Assembly (NCBI RefSeq): GCF_009914755.1
Contig: NC_060928.1
Length of the DNA: 64,000 bases
Strand: one strand, 5' to 3'
Source: the human T2T-CHM13v2.0 reference genome, Homo sapiens
Shown: positions 60,517 to 64,000 of the stretch, piece by piece
Position numbering within the stretch: position 1 is the stretch's first letter
Layout of the letters: each line of letters begins with the position of its first letter
Position numbers and translations under genes: made by a program
The notes under the pieces: model-generated
Database searches by the model: none
What the model saw: only the letters and a program-made list of their open reading frames with translations
Told to the model about the DNA's origin: nothing

Positions 60517-61590
60517 ATAGGCCCCACTTATTCAGTTTTGCTTTCCATGGTATCAGTTACGCATGGTTCACTGTGATCTGAAAATATTAAATAAAAATTA
60601 TGTAAATAAAAATTTCTAAACTTTTAAATTGTGCACTGTTTTGAGTAGCATACACTAACAACATGCCCAATACTAACAAATCTCATGCTCTATTGCTCTG
60701 TCCCACCTGGCACAAAATCATCCCTTTATCTAGCATATCAAGAAGTTTGTGCTACTTATTTTTAGTCACTTAGTAGCTGTCTTATCAGATCGACTGCCAC
60801 AGTATCACAGTGCTTGTGTTCAAGCAATTATTTTACTTGATAATGGCCCCAAAAGAGAAGACTAGCAATGCAGGTAGTTCAGATATACCAAAGGGAAGCC
60901 ATAAAATATTTTCTTTAAATGAAAATCTGAAAGTGTTCCACTTAATAAGGAAAGAAAATAATCAGATGCTGAGGTTGCTAAAATCTATGGTAAGAGTCAA
61001 TCTCTTATCAGAGACATTATTAATTGTACATTATTATAGCTGTTCTATTTTATTATTAGTTATTGTTAATTTATTTATTTTTATTATACTTTAAGTTCAG
61101 GGGTACATGTGCAGAACATGCAGTTTTGTTACATAGTTATACACATGCCATGGTGGTTTGCTGCACCCATCAACCCGTCACCTACATTAGGTATTTCTCC
61201 TAATGCTATCCCTCCCCAACCCCCCACTCCCTGACAGGCCCCAGTGTGTGATGTTCCCTCCCTGTGTCCATGTGTTCTCCTTGTTCAACTTCCACTTATA
61301 AATGAAGACATGCAGTGTTTGGCTTTCTGTTCTTGTGATAGTTTGCTGAGAATGATGGTTTCCAGCTTCATCCATGTCCCTGCAAAGAACATGAACTCAT
61401 CCTTTTTGATGGCTGCGCAGTATTCCATGGTGTATATGTGCCACATTTTCCTTATCCAGTCTATCACTGATGGACATTTCGGTTGATTCCAAGTCCTTGC
61501 TACTGTGAATATTGCCAATTTCTTACTGTGCCTAATTTATAAATTAAACTTTGTCATAGGTATGACTATATAGAAAAATCATAATGTATA
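60517..61590 (+). mobile_element. Longer MER44B/C/D-like element, split by an L1
   Basis: Second copy of the MER44 left end, then 'gtgcttgtgttcaag...ttacttgataatggccccaaa'. Confidence 0.75.
61071..61510 (-). mobile_element. 5'-truncated L1PA 3' end (about L1PA6-8)
   Basis: ORF 61285-61518(-) ARTWNQPKCPSVIDWIRKMW; approximate TSD tattgttaattt/tattgccaattt. Confidence 0.92.
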
Positions 61591-61599
61591 CTCAGCTTT

Positions 61600-61692
61600 T
61601 TATATCTATGAGATCCTCATTCACAGATTCAACCAACCTTAGATCAAAAATATTTGAAATAGAAAAACAAAAATAATGAAAATGAAAAACTA
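61600..61692 (+). mobile_element. Tigger-family end fragment (Tigger3/MER8-like)
   Basis: 'cagattcaaccaacc...atcaaaaatattt'. Confidence 0.5.
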
Positions 61693-61693
61693 T

Positions 61694-61868
61694 GCAACCT
61701 CACCCTCCTGGGTTCCAGCGATTCTGCTGCCTCAGCCTCCCAAGTAGCTAAGATTACAGGTGCCCACCACCATATCCAGCTAATTTTTTGTATTTTTATT
61801 ATAGACGGGGTTTCACTATGTTGGTCAGGCTGGCCTCAAACTCTGGCCTCGTGATCCACCCACCTCAG
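61694..61868 (-). mobile_element. Internal Alu fragment truncated at both ends
   Basis: Runs from 'gcaacctc' to 'gtgatccacccacctcag'; no tail and no head. Confidence 0.88.
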
Positions 61869-62358
61869 ACTGAGTAAAGAAGTTTTCCTTTCACCAATGT
61901 GGGTGGACATCACTCAATTCCTTAATGACCTGAACAGAGCAAAAAGGAGGAGGAGGAACATTTTTTGACCTGGAACATTTTCTTTTTGAGCTGGAACATT
62001 TTCTTCTGCCCTTTGAAGCTCCTGGTTCTCTGGCCTTCAGACTCCAGATTCTGTAATTTATGCCAGCCTCACTTCCCCAGCCCTCCACCACACTCACCAG
62101 CTCTCAGGCCTTTGGCTTCAAAGTAGAAGTTACAGCATCAGCTCTCCTTATTCTCAGGCCTTCAGATTCAGAGTGAATTATATGAGCAGCTCTGCTGATT
62201 CTCCGGCTTGCAGACTACATAACATAGAACTTCCTTGCTTCGTTAATCATGTGAGCCAATTTCTTAATAAATGTCCCCATATCTCATCATCTACCTATAT
62301 ATCTGTCTATATATATTTTCTATTTGTTCAATTTCTCTGGATAACCCTGAGTTGCACA
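61869..62358 (+). mobile_element. MLT2 (ERVL) 5' LTR lacking its 5' end
   Basis: 'tgagtaaag...caccaatgtgggtgg', 'gtgagccaatttcttaataaa'. Confidence 0.85.
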
Positions 62359-64000
62359 GATTTTGATACTGAAATTGGTTCTAGAGGAACATAATTTTAA
62401 GAATGAGTTTTCCGAATTATTTAGGGGGTTCTAGAATTGGATCTCTACTCTGATTATACTTAAAGATATTAAAGATTCTATTTCTAGTAGTAAAGAGAGC
62501 ACTGATAGTCCATGGTGTAATATCCAAAATATGTGCATTGGATACTCTTAATTAACCACTTATAATAAGCAAGGAAGTAAGCAATTACGTATATGACACT
62601 TGCTAACATTTTGGAAATTTAAGAAATATAATGATACTGGTTGCTTGTTCCTAATGTCACTGGACAAAGTGATGAAAGAAAAAAATAAGTTCAGTGATTT
62701 GAATTACAAGCTCAAGAGCCACATCAGTGATTTAAGAGCTTCTAGGTGTGCCCTGAGAAAGAGCATTATCTCCTACCACTGGAGGGCTGCAAGTGCTGAA
62801 AATCAAATGTAGGACCTCATCCTGTGATTGGCTGAATCACAAGGCAAGTTGAACTCCTAGCCTTACTGGGTGTTTTCTGATAAGGTGACAACATGGATTA
62901 GGAAAGCATGGGATCCTATAAGTTGAGATGGGACATGCAGAGAGACTTTAATGAAGCTGGGAACATTTAGCATCTGAATTCTGATGAGTCTTCTTTGGCA
63001 GTGGAAGTGGTCTCTCCACCGCTAGTAGAAGTAGGCTTTCTAACCCCAGCAAAAGCAGCCTTCCTATCTCCAGTTGCAGCAGCATCCCTGCCATATTGAA
63101 GTAAGCCTTTCCATTTCCTTATGAGGGAATTCAGCTTGCATTGCCTGAGGAAAAGGTTGTGGTCTTCCCTGAAATAGTGGTCATGCAAATCCCTGCTGAT
63201 TCTCCTCAGGACCCAACCCTACCATCCCTCTTCTATAATTATAACTAGACTCATGCCCCAGCAGGCCCCTAGAAGTGAGGCACAAAGTGTGACCCATGAG
63301 GAGATATGCTACTCTCCAAAAGAACTACTTGAGTTTTCTAATTTTTACCAGCAGAAATCCAGAGAATATGTGTGGAAATGGATATCAAAGCTGTGGAATA
63401 AAGGTGGAAGGAACTTAAGTTGAATCAGGCCAAATTTATTAATACAGGCCCAGTAGCAGAGATGCTGTATTTAATGTTGCACTCAAGGAGTTAGAAAGGT
63501 CTTTAACTGTTTGGTTGGTTGACTGGCTAAAACATGGATTAAAGAGCACATCACTGTGAGTGAATTGGAAATGCCTGCTCTCCCTCAGCTTTATGTAGAG
63601 GAAATGGTGCAGATTTAAAGAGAATGGAATGTTAGAGAGGATATATCATTTAAGACCTACTCATTCACACTAGGTGGGTTCAGAAGTCCTATCTTTCAAC
63701 AATATTTTGAGAAATAAATTCATGAGGGAAGCCCCAGTATCTTTGAAAATCTCAGTGATTCCTCTTCTCTATAGGTCAGATCTTACAGTGGGAACCATAG
63801 ACACTCAACTGGAAAACCTAAATGCAATGGGAGTAAGTGGTTCCTAGGGTGGCGGAAGCCAACGGGCAAGATGAGCACAGCTACGATAATGGACAGCAGA
63901 GTCAAAGCAGCAATCAGAATATTCAGACCCTTGCAGACCTCTGGTGTTCCTAGGAATAAAATTGCTAGGATGCTTACTAAACTCTTACTTGTTCTGTATA
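62359..64000 (+). mobile_element. ERVL internal region (primer-binding site and degenerate gag), running off the window
   Basis: 'gattttgatactg...ggttctagagga' directly follows the LTR; gag-like pieces (LMSLDKVMKEK) with many stops. Confidence 0.85.

Noticed and set aside
61955-62005. Three spaced ggaacatttt repeats as a CRISPR-like array
   Set aside because: A short slippage duplication within an MLT2 LTR; no unique spacers or cas genes, and the DNA is primate.

Overview
AT-rich primate (probably hominoid/catarrhine) genomic DNA, intergenic or deep intronic, made largely of interspersed repeats: L1 of several ages, Alu/FLAM, L2, MIR, MaLR LTRs (THE1, MST, MLT1), ERV1 solo LTRs, an ERVL provirus running off the right edge, and DNA transposons (MER1, MER44). 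I found no intact host gene, rRNA, tRNA or CRISPR array. The long ORFs are L1 ORF2 or MaLR remnants, or repeat and microsatellite noise. The most interesting structure is at 15156-23176. A near full-length old L1 is joined at its 5' tip to about 110 nt of an MST LTR that ends exactly at the MaLR splice-donor position. The unit is bracketed by a candidate target-site duplication (TSD) inside an older L1, which suggests retrotransposition of an LTR-promoted, spliced LTR-L1 transcript. Also present are two L1 3' transductions, a twin-primed L1 with a large internal gap, a probable Alu-Alu recombination chimera, a 65-bp local duplication, and a 24-bp periodic CCAAT array in an LTR. Subfamily names come from my recollection of consensus sequences, not from a RepeatMasker run. 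Boundaries of old repeats are approximate.
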